Notes: generated by a model from the sequence alone, not told the origin. 44,404 bases of DNA from a virus (IMGVR_UViG_3300042502_000072:1-44404), one strand, 5' to 3'. Shown: positions 17,901-26,949, numbered from the stretch's first letter. A program made the numbers and translations.

Positions 17901-20900
17901 TCAGACTCATGGCACGCCGTTTGAACGTACAATCGCAAAGGGTGTATTTCAGTCTTTGTACGACAGCGACACCGCACCAAATCTTGAGTTCATATCTAAG
18001 GGTAAACCTTACTATGACCCAAAAACCAATACAGTCTATATCCAACGAGACGCGTCTGCGGCGGTCACATTGCACGAGTCGTTGCATGGTGCACTGCAGT
18101 GGTATGTTTATCAAAATCCTAATGCACCAGAAGTCCGTGCATTGAAGGCGGCGCTTAAGCGCGTCGTTAACTTTAAAGGTGAATTGAGCCCTGACGCTAA
18201 ACGTGTTCAAGATGTGCTCAAAGCACTGATGAAGGACAATAAAGAACTCGACGCCGTTTTGGAATTAGTTTCATACAGCAACACGCTTAATGATTTCCGT
18301 CGTGCACTAGAAGCCATGGACAGCACTGAGGCTCCCAAGTCTTTCTATGATGCGGCTAAAAACGTCTGGCAAACCATCCTGACTACTGTTCAGCGGTTAG
18401 TCGGTGTTCGCCCATCTGTTGCTGCAGATGTAATTGGTAACACGTTTAAGCTCCTCGAAGCTGCTGGCGCTGCCAAGAAAGGTGAAGCTACGGGCAACAT
18501 CCTCGAAGCCGCTGTAGAAAGCACTGGCACTCCGCAAGGAAAAGTTAATGCCCAAGACTATGTTGTTTACAACAAAAAGATTGCTCCTGCAGCGTTAAGC
18601 ACAAAGTTGTTTTTTGACTTAGTTGGCTGGCAACGTGGTGCTCAAAAAGTAGGCGACTTATCTAGCAAGTTAGCAGACAAAATTCGCAAAGATTTTCCAA
18701 CTGCCGAGCGTTACATCACCTATATCAACTCACGCTTCGGTGTAAATGATTTCACTAGCAAGCTCATGGAGAAGTACAAGGTTGACAAGAACACCGGCTA
18801 CCAACGTATGGAGCAGTTGGCCAACTTCGTTGAGTCACGTAGCGCAGAAGAAGCAAAGGCAATCTTTGACTACCTTGATGGAGATAAAAAAGCACTGGAT
18901 AAATTCCCAGATGTCGCAAAGGTCAAAGAGATTGCCGACTCTATTGAAAAGAGCATGGCGATGTACATCTCTGAGCTTCCAGCTAAAGACCGCGCATACT
19001 TTGAGAACACTAAATTTTCTGAGTCCTTGCTGTTTGCAGGTAACACAAACCAAGTTGCAAGCCACACATTCGGTGCACGTAAGCTAAGTGAGATCATTGG
19101 TCTGCAGCATCGCTTTGAAGAAACCATCGAAGGTTTTCAGCACTGGATGGGCGTAGATAAAAACGGTGATGTTGACATCACAGGCCCCTTCTACCAAGTG
19201 TTTGGCCCCAACATCAAAGACCCTGCTGGCCCCCAAGTCCCGCAAGGGTATATGTCTATCAAGGGTTACGAAACTACGGGTAATCCCGTAGGCTTTACTG
19301 TTGATCCTTCACGTCAGTGGCGTATCTCCGGCAAGAAGGGTGAGGGCTATAAGTTCACATCTAACATGACGGCTCAACAAGCGATCCTTGAAAAGAAAGT
19401 CACTGAACTTGCTAACGCTATGCGTAACACCATGGCCGCACTGGCTAATAACTATGCGTCACGCAACTTCTCTAAAGCCGCGTCTACGCTGGGTTATGAA
19501 GACGGCAAGCCAACAGAGCTAAGCGTTTCGTTTGATTCGCTAGAGGCCGTTAAGAAAATCTTTGGTCGGGCACCCAACCCTAACCAAGTGCTAAGCGTTT
19601 CCAAGGATGAGGCCAAGACGCCCCAGATTGCTGACCTATACCGCAACTCCAACACATGGGTTCTTATCCCTAATGTAGAAGCCTATGGCGCGTTAGCAGG
19701 CAAGTATTTGCCCGGCCCCGTGTGGAGCGCAATGACCGACATGGCTGACCGCAAGCCATTGGTCTCGTTCCGTGCTTACAACGCTTCTATGCGCTGGTTT
19801 AAGAAGTCCAAGACCGTCTACAACCCCGGCACGCACATTACTAACATTGCCTCTAACGTCACTTTGGCGATGATGCACGACATCCCTGTTAGCACGATTG
19901 CTTCTGCAGCGAAGCTGTTTACCAAATACGAGTTAAACGCTAAGTCTCTGACGCCAAGTGAACTTGCAATCATGTCGCAGTTCATGAACTCCGGTGCGAT
20001 GCTTGGCGACTACTCAAGTGCTGAGGTCAAAGAAGCCATCTACAAAGCATGGAACGAGAACCTTGCACAGCCAACAGACACGTCGCTGATGCAACGTCTA
20101 AAGATGTTTACTGGGTACGAGAAATCTAAAGCGCAGATGGGCGTTGCACTTGCAGCCAAAGCAGGAAATAAGTTAGACAGCATCGCGTCCGAACTGTATG
20201 CCGCCGAAGATAACGTATTCCGTTTAGCCGCGTTCATGAAGAAGGTCGGCGAATTGCAAGAGCGGAGTGGCGAGAAGACCCCCACTACAGAGAACTTTAA
20301 CGACGCGGGTACCTTTGCACGTAAGGCATTCCTTGACTACGACATCGACTCCAAAGCAGTCCGTATCGCACGTCAGTCGTTCTTGCCGTTCGTGTCATGG
20401 ACGTATGCCATTGCCCCTGTTATGGGGCGTATCGCGTTGCACCAGCCTTGGAAGATCGCTAACGTCTTAGCGGCTTACTACCTGATTGATGTAGCCATGG
20501 CTTCTGCGGCAGGCGACGATGACGAAGAAACTCGCAAGCGTGGCCCGAAAGAAATCCGTGAACGCATGTTTGGCATTGGCCCTTACATGCATATCCGCAT
20601 CCCGTTTATGGGCGACGAGAACAACCCTGTGTATTACCGTCTGGGTGATTACGTTCCAATGGCTTCCGCCGCTAAGGGTTTGCCAAATGGCTTTATGGGT
20701 CAGTCTTGGATTCCCGGAGCAATCACGCCAAGCGGCCCAATAGTCTCGGCTATCGCAGGATTAGTAGTAGGTGTAAACCCTTACACAGGTAAATCTCTGA
20801 ACCAACCAACGGATACTGAATGGCAGAAATTTAAAAACGCCGCCAAGTTTGCGTACGACATCGTGACTCCACCAGCAATTAGTTCTACCCAACTCAAGGC

Positions 20901-21204
20901 AGTAAACGATATACTGGATGAGAAAACAGGCATTACAGGTGCACCTGTCAGCAATCTTGCTATAGCCAGAACATTTGGATTAAAAATGTATGACTACGAC
21001 GTTATTGAATCTGAAGCTGTTCAAGATATTGTCTCAAAGCGTGTTGAACGTGAGTTTAAAGATGCAATGCGCAAAGCAAAACGTGAGGAAGATCGTAGAG
21101 GGTATCCTGATTACGAAGCCTTAGACAAGCAACTTGAAGACTTGCAAATTCGCATGGAAAAAGAACTTGATAAAGCCCGAGGCGGCACAGGGGAGTTAGA
21201 CTAA
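14953..21204 (+). CDS. Large internal virion/polyvalent protein with zincin-like HExxH domain
   Basis: 2083 aa; Gly/Ala-rich hydrophobic N-terminal segments; 'YYDPKTNTVYI...VTLHESLHG'; C-terminal 'EDNVFRLAAF...FLDY...FLPFVSW' region typical of large polyvalent proteins. Confidence 0.75.
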   Translation: MPIYNLEDLRAAVPSSMRDLSDDELIRDYAGRVGKSFESTASYLGFKPRGTLAEMGRQAMGGAVVDLPKMVGQGLEYTGVAPAYGREMSQAAEARAPAYIPDNRSRGLVSEALTTGARGLAPVAATLPLAFVPGGQVVAPAAAALLFGTSSAQGTYDKVLEQTGDPQAATEAARRVGLIQGVGEGAATFVGGRAIKGLSPLLGMGERTTAGVAARMTDTSVLKPFAKSMGINMLVQPSTEVAQDLGTYAVERAYGAAGDENPYEIARQSALGGAGLTMLLGPFALGGHASRARRAESLKAALGEDAPPEIRAQAFEAVMKEARRQNVPETNVGAWFTEQLSLEEQRNAALKSLEEAPKDLTQTQADVDGRKLSEVDTQAEFDKRMAAGRPMSEADASKRLSSFMAAQDVGGQYQDLLARKEQGLEAVKEVGKSWQNFVGKRGDQLLNIQDVGDQARGLVSDLEAEANQQEAPLAQAMQLGTAVQAMFDAQQGVGTKTDFDRIMNPDVMQPITPAEVQPIARTSLVPPRSAPFSNMRLDRPGPQESLTGPTSQLSERPIAVAPLGGEAKATPLPSAPAAEGVSSTPVTTPVTTPVIQDGTKTTQAQQTKTKKQKAPITVGSVVKINDTEVTLSQEQANAWNKAQETYDGRTRRAREIANYQDRESALRSAGMQLSAERRKITGALTAKEQQAANRVADRQTAEQKKQDEMGLTAALQTANRTNVTNNPLQAGVEGVDKKAVPGKTSLTVSALRNIRDALLNPSATVEGISDREQQIADAVRAFAKAYYKFSNAGGNMLRGIPTERAIKGENGETIYKPTKLASQTPAQQRGQIKAKTGQRVETTLEQLRETRAALAGLGKAVNGNAKDVEAIVKLVKDMVQQKLHTQTTDEGMNEDFGQEGDGGVAQAFLKMDTMLSQGWRAAKDNMFQGESDAAFVRQTPIRGSKESTAAGETQTPLEKAALGYAKFGKGESSTGILGLLNYIQTHGTPFERTIAKGVFQSLYDSDTAPNLEFISKGKPYYDPKTNTVYIQRDASAAVTLHESLHGALQWYVYQNPNAPEVRALKAALKRVVNFKGELSPDAKRVQDVLKALMKDNKELDAVLELVSYSNTLNDFRRALEAMDSTEAPKSFYDAAKNVWQTILTTVQRLVGVRPSVAADVIGNTFKLLEAAGAAKKGEATGNILEAAVESTGTPQGKVNAQDYVVYNKKIAPAALSTKLFFDLVGWQRGAQKVGDLSSKLADKIRKDFPTAERYITYINSRFGVNDFTSKLMEKYKVDKNTGYQRMEQLANFVESRSAEEAKAIFDYLDGDKKALDKFPDVAKVKEIADSIEKSMAMYISELPAKDRAYFENTKFSESLLFAGNTNQVASHTFGARKLSEIIGLQHRFEETIEGFQHWMGVDKNGDVDITGPFYQVFGPNIKDPAGPQVPQGYMSIKGYETTGNPVGFTVDPSRQWRISGKKGEGYKFTSNMTAQQAILEKKVTELANAMRNTMAALANNYASRNFSKAASTLGYEDGKPTELSVSFDSLEAVKKIFGRAPNPNQVLSVSKDEAKTPQIADLYRNSNTWVLIPNVEAYGALAGKYLPGPVWSAMTDMADRKPLVSFRAYNASMRWFKKSKTVYNPGTHITNIASNVTLAMMHDIPVSTIASAAKLFTKYELNAKSLTPSELAIMSQFMNSGAMLGDYSSAEVKEAIYKAWNENLAQPTDTSLMQRLKMFTGYEKSKAQMGVALAAKAGNKLDSIASELYAAEDNVFRLAAFMKKVGELQERSGEKTPTTENFNDAGTFARKAFLDYDIDSKAVRIARQSFLPFVSWTYAIAPVMGRIALHQPWKIANVLAAYYLIDVAMASAAGDDDEETRKRGPKEIRERMFGIGPYMHIRIPFMGDENNPVYYRLGDYVPMASAAKGLPNGFMGQSWIPGAITPSGPIVSAIAGLVVGVNPYTGKSLNQPTDTEWQKFKNAAKFAYDIVTPPAISSTQLKAVNDILDEKTGITGAPVSNLAIARTFGLKMYDYDVIESEAVQDIVSKRVEREFKDAMRKAKREEDRRGYPDYEALDKQLEDLQIRMEKELDKARGGTGELD

Positions 21205-21458
21205 TGGCTAAAACACCAGCTTGGACACGCAAAGAAGGTAAATCGGAAAAAGGGGGCTTGAACGCCAAGGGGCGAGCCTCGTACAATAAAGCCAATCCCG
21301 GGAAGCCGGGACTCAAGGCCCCTCAACCTGAGGGTGGCCCACGACGTGACTCATTCTGTGCCCGTATGGAAGGCATGAAAGAGAAGCTGACCAGTGCGAA
21401 GACTGCAAACGATCCTAACAGTCGTATCAACAAATCATTACGTGCTTGGAAGTGCTAA
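21204..21458 (+). CDS. Small basic conserved phage protein (DUF6321-like)
   Basis: 'GGLNAKGRASYN...RRDSFCARM...DPNSRINKSLRAWKC'. Confidence 0.75.
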   Translation: MAKTPAWTRKEGKSEKGGLNAKGRASYNKANPGKPGLKAPQPEGGPRRDSFCARMEGMKEKLTSAKTANDPNSRINKSLRAWKC

Positions 21459-21459
21459 C

Positions 21460-21642
21460 ATGGCTACCAAATCAACTGTTAATGCCGCTGGCAATTACAC
21501 AAAGCCTACACTTCGCAAGAAGATTGTGGCTCAGGTAAAGTCCGCGGCAACGCAAGGCACTGGTGCAGGCCAATGGTCTGCTCGTAAGGCACAGCTTGTT
21601 GCTAAGAAGTATAAGGCAGCAGGCGGGGGGTATCGAGATTGA
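21460..21642 (+). CDS. Small basic protein, N-terminal half of a DUF5872-like family
   Basis: 'NYTKPTLRKKI...GQWSARKAQLVAKKYKAAGGGY'. Confidence 0.75.
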   Translation: MATKSTVNAAGNYTKPTLRKKIVAQVKSAATQGTGAGQWSARKAQLVAKKYKAAGGGYRD

Positions 21643-21872
21643 AAGCCCCACAACAATCCCTAAAAGACTGGGGCGACCAAAAATGGAGAACCAAAAGTGG
21701 TAAAAAATCTTCTGACACAGGTGAAAGATACCTTCCAAGCGCTGCGATTAAAAGTCTCAGCCCTAGTGAGTACGCTGCGACAACCAAAGCCAAGCGAGCC
21801 GGAAAAGAAGCCGGAAAACAATTCGTAGCGCAACCAAAAAAGATTGCGGCTAAAACTGCAAAATTTCGTTAA
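21639..21872 (+). CDS. Small basic protein, C-terminal half of a DUF5872-like family
   Basis: TTG start in a TTGA overlap; 'QQSLKDW..QKWRTKSG...ERYLP...GKQFVAQP'. Confidence 0.75.
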   Translation: MKAPQQSLKDWGDQKWRTKSGKKSSDTGERYLPSAAIKSLSPSEYAATTKAKRAGKEAGKQFVAQPKKIAAKTAKFR

Positions 21873-21891
21873 ACTTTAATTGGAGATTACT

Positions 21892-22038
21892 ATGTACGGT
21901 AAAAAAATGAATCCATTTGGCAAAGGCGAGTCCAAAGCCATGGAAGCCAAAGAAAAGAAAATGGCTCCTAGCAAAAAGGCTTATGCCGCTATGGAGAAGA
22001 AGCACGAAGGCAAAAAATCAACCTCTAAGATGAAATAA
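21892..22038 (+). CDS. 48-aa Lys/Met-rich protein (not in ORF track)
   Basis: GGAG SD; MYGKKMNPFGKGESKAMEAKEKK...KKSTSKMK. Confidence 0.7.
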   Translation: MYGKKMNPFGKGESKAMEAKEKKMAPSKKAYAAMEKKHEGKKSTSKMK

Positions 22039-22047
22039 GGAACCACC

Positions 22048-22185
22048 ATGATGTACGGAAAAATGATGATGGCTAAGGCCCCCGCAAAAGCTGGTAAAAA
22101 AGCTGCTCCATTTAAGCCTTGCCCCGGTTGCAAGAGCCCTGCTAAGTGCAAAGCCGCTGGCAAGTGTTTAGCTAAAGCCAAGTAA
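22048..22185 (+). CDS. 45-aa Lys/Ala-rich protein with 4 Cys (not in ORF track)
   Basis: AAGGA SD; MMYGKMMMAKAPAKAGKKAAPFKPCPGCKSPAKCKAAGKCLAKAK. Confidence 0.7.
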   Translation: MMYGKMMMAKAPAKAGKKAAPFKPCPGCKSPAKCKAAGKCLAKAK

Positions 22186-22337
22186 TGCCATTTACGTCTG
22201 AGAAGCAAGCTCGCACTATGCGGGCTGCTGCACATGATCCTAGCTTTGCAAAGAAGCTGGGTATTGAAGTCAAAGCTGCCAAGAAAATGGTAGCCCATGA
22301 CAAAGCCAAGGGCGCTAAGCCCAAAGCCAAGAAGTAA
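22185..22337 (+). CDS. 50-aa Lys-rich protein (not in ORF track)
   Basis: TAATG coupling; MPFTSEKQARTMRAAAHDPSFAKKLGI...KAKK. Confidence 0.7.
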   Translation: MPFTSEKQARTMRAAAHDPSFAKKLGIEVKAAKKMVAHDKAKGAKPKAKK

Positions 22338-22589
22338 TTACTTCATCCCTGCTGAACGTGTTCGTGCAAACGATCGGTTCGCAGACTTAGGAACTGCGCG
22401 GAGGTTACCTCCGCCGTTTCCACCGCCCTTTGCCATGGGCTTCTTGTGATCGACGTCAAGGCCGTCGCCTTTGCTGACGACGCCTTTCTTTTCCATTTGT
22501 CGACGCGCTGAATTGCGGTCAGCCCTGTTAGCAATCTGCTCCGGCTTACCTTGGTAGTTCGCGTACTCTTTCTTGTAGTCACGTGGCAT
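22338..22589 (-). CDS. Small HNH endonuclease
   Basis: AAGGA SD; 'GDGLDVDHKKPMAKGG.N...NLRAV....NRS'. Confidence 0.85.
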   Translation of the reverse strand: MPRDYKKEYANYQGKPEQIANRADRNSARRQMEKKGVVSKGDGLDVDHKKPMAKGGGNGGGNLRAVPKSANRSFARTRSAGMK

Positions 22590-22614
22590 GATAGTTGTCC
22601 TTAAAAAAGATATC

Positions 22615-25581
22615 TTATTGTCCCACAGCCGCGCCATTTAGAACAGCCAATAGTACAGGGCTTTGCTCTCTGGACATGGTGCCAGTCAGAGTTGCTACAA
22701 ACCTAGGATGGTTCAGGTTCACAATCAGGCAATGCGTCTGGCCGGGGCTTCTGTCCTTACATCCCTTAAACATCGTTACTCGATCGCGCTTAGCAATCAT
22801 CGCACCGTTAAGTTCTAGCTCACGCTCAATCCGGTCAATACCGTCCTGCGACCTACCTAGCCATGCCTTGAACAAAGCCAAGTTGATCGCGATCATGCTA
22901 CCGGGCATGACAGGGTTCTTGGCATCATAAACAACCTTGACACGGGCAACTGCTTTATCTGGAGCCGGTTGTGTCACCTGCTCTTTACCTGAACTGTAGA
23001 CCTCAGTGCAATGCACCAAGCGGTCGTTGTGCTCCATGATGTACTGGCCAATCGTATCAAATACATCTGACTTACTTTCAATTGCAGCTTGCCGAGTTTG
23101 TTTGACGCGGTCAATCATAAAGTCAATGGTTCCCTTTATATCGAACGGGAACAAACCCAAGGCTTGGCCAATACGACCCATGCCCCATGATGCAATAAGT
23201 AGCGTCCTGTAGAAACGCTCTTGGGGTTCAAATATAAAACCAAACGTTTTGTTAAACGATGCTTCAGACCATTTCCATACAGCTTCAGGGCCGCCCTTGT
23301 CGATCACAACTTGCACAAGCTCTGGGAAAGCCCAACCGTTATGCTTCTCTACGATCTCAAAAAAGTCATACCCGTAGCTACGCCCATCTTCTCGGGTAGC
23401 GACAAAAGTTCTATCGTGTTGCGGGAACTCTAAGCAACGTGCTTTCAGTGGATCGTTGCCTGCCTGTGCATTTTCAAACTTCCGATACATCGAAATGTTA
23501 GACGTGACATGAGTAGGAGCGCACCACTTAGCAGGTTCACGCAACTCGCGTTCTTTCGTCATTGAAATCTTTTCGCGACCAGAACTAAGTGTGTAGCCCA
23601 TGTCGGCCATGTCTTTGTCGTCAGCCGCAGTCATCTCGTCGATACAACATGGCAAGTTATTTAAAACACCGCGCATTTTGTATAGAGCGTTCGCAGTATC
23701 TTTCTGGCTCAGGAACAATTCCTTCGGGCTACCGATCAAGCTGTTCACTCCGATAAGAGATAGTGATTTACCAGTTGTCGTTTCATCAGAATAGATCGAC
23801 ACAATTGCTGTTGCGTTACCGGCGGCAGGGCCTAGGATTCCCACTGTGCCTGTTAATACTGACGCACGAATATTGTCAGCACCGGGTAGGTTCAGCATGT
23901 CCATCGCGCGAATCCACTCAGAGCGTTCACCATGCGGGCCGATAAGTCTAGCGAAGTTGGACGCAGGGCCGCGAAGGCGTGTGTCTGTGGCACCCGTTGG
24001 AGAGCCTAGCACTGTCTGGCCGCACATAAACGAGCCGTCTTCTTGCCAACCGAAGTTAACAAAGTCCAATCCTGTTGGTGCTTGCTGTTGCACCATCGTC
24101 AAGTAATCCATCAAATAGCTCCTAACTTTTTCTTGCTGTCCAGCATTCTTTACGTAGATTTGTTGGTTCAATAAAAATGTAGAAAAGTCTTTACCAATCG
24201 TCGCGAGCACAGACATCTCATGCTCTGTCTCTTTCCATCCAGTCATTGGGTACTTCGCAATCATTCGGAATGCAGACTTGCGACTTTCTGAATCGTGATA
24301 CACACCCGTGATGTGAATCTCGTACTGGCACACATGGTCAAACTCTGTTACCTCTTGGGCTACTTCATTGCCGTTTGCATCAGTCGTTGTGATCTCGGTC
24401 TTGACCTCACGCATGATCTGGTTGTTCTGAATAACATAGCCCTTGGGCAGTGTGAACGTGAACTCTTCGCCTTCCTCAGTAACAACTTCAGTCTCAGTAA
24501 CAACCGATAACTGCGCGGGGCTTGTAATCTTTCCACGGCTTGGGCAACCTTCGCAGCCCTTAGCGCACAACTGCTCAAACTTCGCACACGTCGTAGGCCC
24601 AGTGCCGTTCCAACCCTTGAGCTTATCCATGCTTGCGGCTAGATCAAAGTCAGGGTGCGTTCCTGCGATCATGATGACCGCTTCCTGCACATCTGTGCAA
24701 TGCTTAGCAAGACCTAACGATGCACGCCATAAAGGTTCTTCTACATTGCGACCTGCGGCATCTAACACGCCACCAGAAGCTACAAGCGCACCCACCTGAG
24801 CACAACGCCCTGCGACCGCGGTAAGTACAACATCGTTTGTGTTGAGCACTGCATCAAGGATCGATGATCTTGCACCTTTGCGTGATGCTGTTGTCTTTGC
24901 ATTCTTTGGCAACTTACCAAACCACGGCTTCAATACCGTGAACAACTCTACTGGATCGTAGTCAGGGCAATCACGTTTGCACTCGACCAACTTCCACGGC
25001 TGTTGCTTTTTATGATGCGTACCAACTGGACGAAGCACCATCGATGGATCATGAATTTTGCTTGTGTCGATCTCGACACCATGCTCTTCAAGCGCAATGC
25101 GAAGCGCGGTAGAAACCTTTATCCAATGCTCTTTCGAAATGTTCTGAGTCATTGGCCAGTAGCAGTGAATACCACGACCGGAAGAGATGACCATAGGCTG
25201 AGGCATTCCAATCGCTTTGAGAGCGACGGACATTGCAATCCAACCTTCTTTCTGAGTAGCGTAAGGTTTGTCCTCACCAATATCTAAGTCAAGCGCCAGT
25301 GCTTTAAACACTGTTGCGTGTGCTTGCGTGCGGTACCATTTCTGTTTACCGTTCTCTGTGTAGCAGTGATCGGCAAATGCACCAACACCGAAGTAAACAG
25401 TTGACTCAGCTTCTGCATCCCACCTACTGATCGCGGCTACCGCGTCATCGATGTCATAGAATGATCCACGATTCCAAAAAAACCCTCGGGGGTTCTGTCC
25501 TGATGGATCAGGCTTATGTATGCAGATAACCAGTTCGTCTGTTTGGGCGAATACGCGAGTAAAAAAGTTTTTTGTGTCCAA
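22615..25581 (-). CDS. Primase-helicase (AEP/RepB-like primase, Cys cluster, DUF927-type helicase)
   Basis: 'LDLDIG', 'SSGRGIHCYW', 'VLRPVGTHH', 'TTCAKF...CEGCP', Walker A 'TTGKS', 'IDE'; TTG start. Confidence 0.85.
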   Translation of the reverse strand: MDTKNFFTRVFAQTDELVICIHKPDPSGQNPRGFFWNRGSFYDIDDAVAAISRWDAEAESTVYFGVGAFADHCYTENGKQKWYRTQAHATVFKALALDLDIGEDKPYATQKEGWIAMSVALKAIGMPQPMVISSGRGIHCYWPMTQNISKEHWIKVSTALRIALEEHGVEIDTSKIHDPSMVLRPVGTHHKKQQPWKLVECKRDCPDYDPVELFTVLKPWFGKLPKNAKTTASRKGARSSILDAVLNTNDVVLTAVAGRCAQVGALVASGGVLDAAGRNVEEPLWRASLGLAKHCTDVQEAVIMIAGTHPDFDLAASMDKLKGWNGTGPTTCAKFEQLCAKGCEGCPSRGKITSPAQLSVVTETEVVTEEGEEFTFTLPKGYVIQNNQIMREVKTEITTTDANGNEVAQEVTEFDHVCQYEIHITGVYHDSESRKSAFRMIAKYPMTGWKETEHEMSVLATIGKDFSTFLLNQQIYVKNAGQQEKVRSYLMDYLTMVQQQAPTGLDFVNFGWQEDGSFMCGQTVLGSPTGATDTRLRGPASNFARLIGPHGERSEWIRAMDMLNLPGADNIRASVLTGTVGILGPAAGNATAIVSIYSDETTTGKSLSLIGVNSLIGSPKELFLSQKDTANALYKMRGVLNNLPCCIDEMTAADDKDMADMGYTLSSGREKISMTKERELREPAKWCAPTHVTSNISMYRKFENAQAGNDPLKARCLEFPQHDRTFVATREDGRSYGYDFFEIVEKHNGWAFPELVQVVIDKGGPEAVWKWSEASFNKTFGFIFEPQERFYRTLLIASWGMGRIGQALGLFPFDIKGTIDFMIDRVKQTRQAAIESKSDVFDTIGQYIMEHNDRLVHCTEVYSSGKEQVTQPAPDKAVARVKVVYDAKNPVMPGSMIAINLALFKAWLGRSQDGIDRIERELELNGAMIAKRDRVTMFKGCKDRSPGQTHCLIVNLNHPRFVATLTGTMSREQSPVLLAVLNGAAVGQ

Positions 25582-25597
25582 GACATGCCCCTAGATG

Positions 25598-25620
25598 AAA
25601 AACCCCGGCATTACCCGGGG
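25598..25620 (-). terminator. Rho-independent terminator after the SSB-like gene
   Basis: CCCCGG-6 nt-CCGGGG with TTTTT on the - strand. Confidence 0.7.
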
Positions 25621-25642
25621 AGCGTTTTACATTTTTATTTTA

Positions 25643-26533
25643 TTACTCGTCGAACAAACTGTCGAGCTTTGCCGCTAATTCATCTGACGCTTTTACTGGA
25701 GCAACTACGGGTTTCGCCGCCTTGACAGGCGCGGCTACTGGTGCAGGTGTTTCCTCTTCGTAAGCATCGTCGACAGCGGGTGGCGCAATAGCGGCCTTTG
25801 GCGTTGGCGCTGCAATAGCAGGGGCCGCCGCTTGTGGAGCAAGTTGACGAGTAGCTACTTTAACAGAATCACTTCCAACTAAAGTGTCAACGCGAGAAAT
25901 TGCTTTCTCTGGAACGTAACCTTTTTGCTTGAATGTAATCTTGGGGTAACTTGCCGCGTCATCAAAACCCAACTCGGTAATTACTTCTTCAGGGCCAATG
26001 CCGTAGTTACCTAAGTCCTTAAAGTATTCACGCAGGGCTTTCATACCGCTGACAGGTACAGTAAGGCTGTACACCTTGGAAGGATCAGCGGCGGCTACAA
26101 CAGCCAAGTGGCGTTGGTCAGCACATATCTTAGACTTAGCACCAGACATAAGAACCTTAGAGCCAAGCACATTGTTGGGGCAGTCCGCGCAACTAGCGTG
26201 CACTGGTGACTCAAAATTAGCATCAGGCTTTAGGCCATCACTAGAGCCACAATCTGGTCGAACGTTCTCCGCAGACGCATCAAACGCTTTGGCATAAAAC
26301 ACCTTGGAAACCCTAGGGTTTGCACCTACGATGATGGTGTCTAGAGTGACGCCAACTGTTGTCTCAACACCGTCTTCGCTCAAGCGATAACGCCCTGCGC
26401 GGATGCTGATTTTTGGAAAACTAACGCCGTCGCTACCGACGATCGCAGATGCCACTGTTGATTTAGTGCCCGCTTGCTGACGGGCGGCTATACGGGCTGC
26501 AATGTGTGCAGGTACTGTTTGAATGTTGCTCAC
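25643..26533 (-). CDS. Putative ssDNA-binding/recombination protein
   Basis: Cys motif 'C...CADCPNN...C', Pro/Ala linker, acidic-aromatic C-terminus 'LDSLFDE'; within the replication block. Confidence 0.6.
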   Translation of the reverse strand: MSNIQTVPAHIAARIAARQQAGTKSTVASAIVGSDGVSFPKISIRAGRYRLSEDGVETTVGVTLDTIIVGANPRVSKVFYAKAFDASAENVRPDCGSSDGLKPDANFESPVHASCADCPNNVLGSKVLMSGAKSKICADQRHLAVVAAADPSKVYSLTVPVSGMKALREYFKDLGNYGIGPEEVITELGFDDAASYPKITFKQKGYVPEKAISRVDTLVGSDSVKVATRQLAPQAAAPAIAAPTPKAAIAPPAVDDAYEEETPAPVAAPVKAAKPVVAPVKASDELAAKLDSLFDE

Positions 26534-26535
26534 GA

Positions 26536-26928
26536 TTATTCCTTTGCTTGAGCTTTACGAAGATTAAAAACACGGATAGACGAGAAATTTACGCCGGGAG
26601 GAGGAGCGCCATTGGCTTCAATGAAACTCTTTACCCCTAGCTTCGATGCGCGGGCTTCTACCATGTCCCAAGCATCGGTTTCCTTGCAATACGCAAAGAA
26701 CTCTTCGCGCGACGCAACGGTCGCGGTGTGGTGTGTCGACCAATAGGCCGTACCAGAATTTGTTTTAACTGTCTCGAGACCGTCTTCCTGCGCTTTGGCA
26801 GTCATCCAGTTCTCAACGGCTACAAGCTTTTCTGTCAGCTTGGCTTTGGCCGCTTTATGCTCACGCTCTAGAGCGTCGATAGCATTGCGCACCTGCAGAT
26901 ATTTCTCTGCGGCTATTTCATAGTTCAT
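26536..26928 (-). CDS. Conserved replication-block protein (N-terminal coiled coil)
   Basis: 'VKTNSGTAY', 'PPPGVN' pattern; position between helicase and SSB-like genes. Confidence 0.7.
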   Translation of the reverse strand: MNYEIAAEKYLQVRNAIDALEREHKAAKAKLTEKLVAVENWMTAKAQEDGLETVKTNSGTAYWSTHHTATVASREEFFAYCKETDAWDMVEARASKLGVKSFIEANGAPPPGVNFSSIRVFNLRKAQAKE

Positions 26929-26949
26929 AAGTAAGTCCTAACTGTTTAA

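Noticed and set aside
21981-22298. 105-aa - strand ORF
   Set aside because: Three + strand Lys-rich genes with SDs or coupling explain the region better
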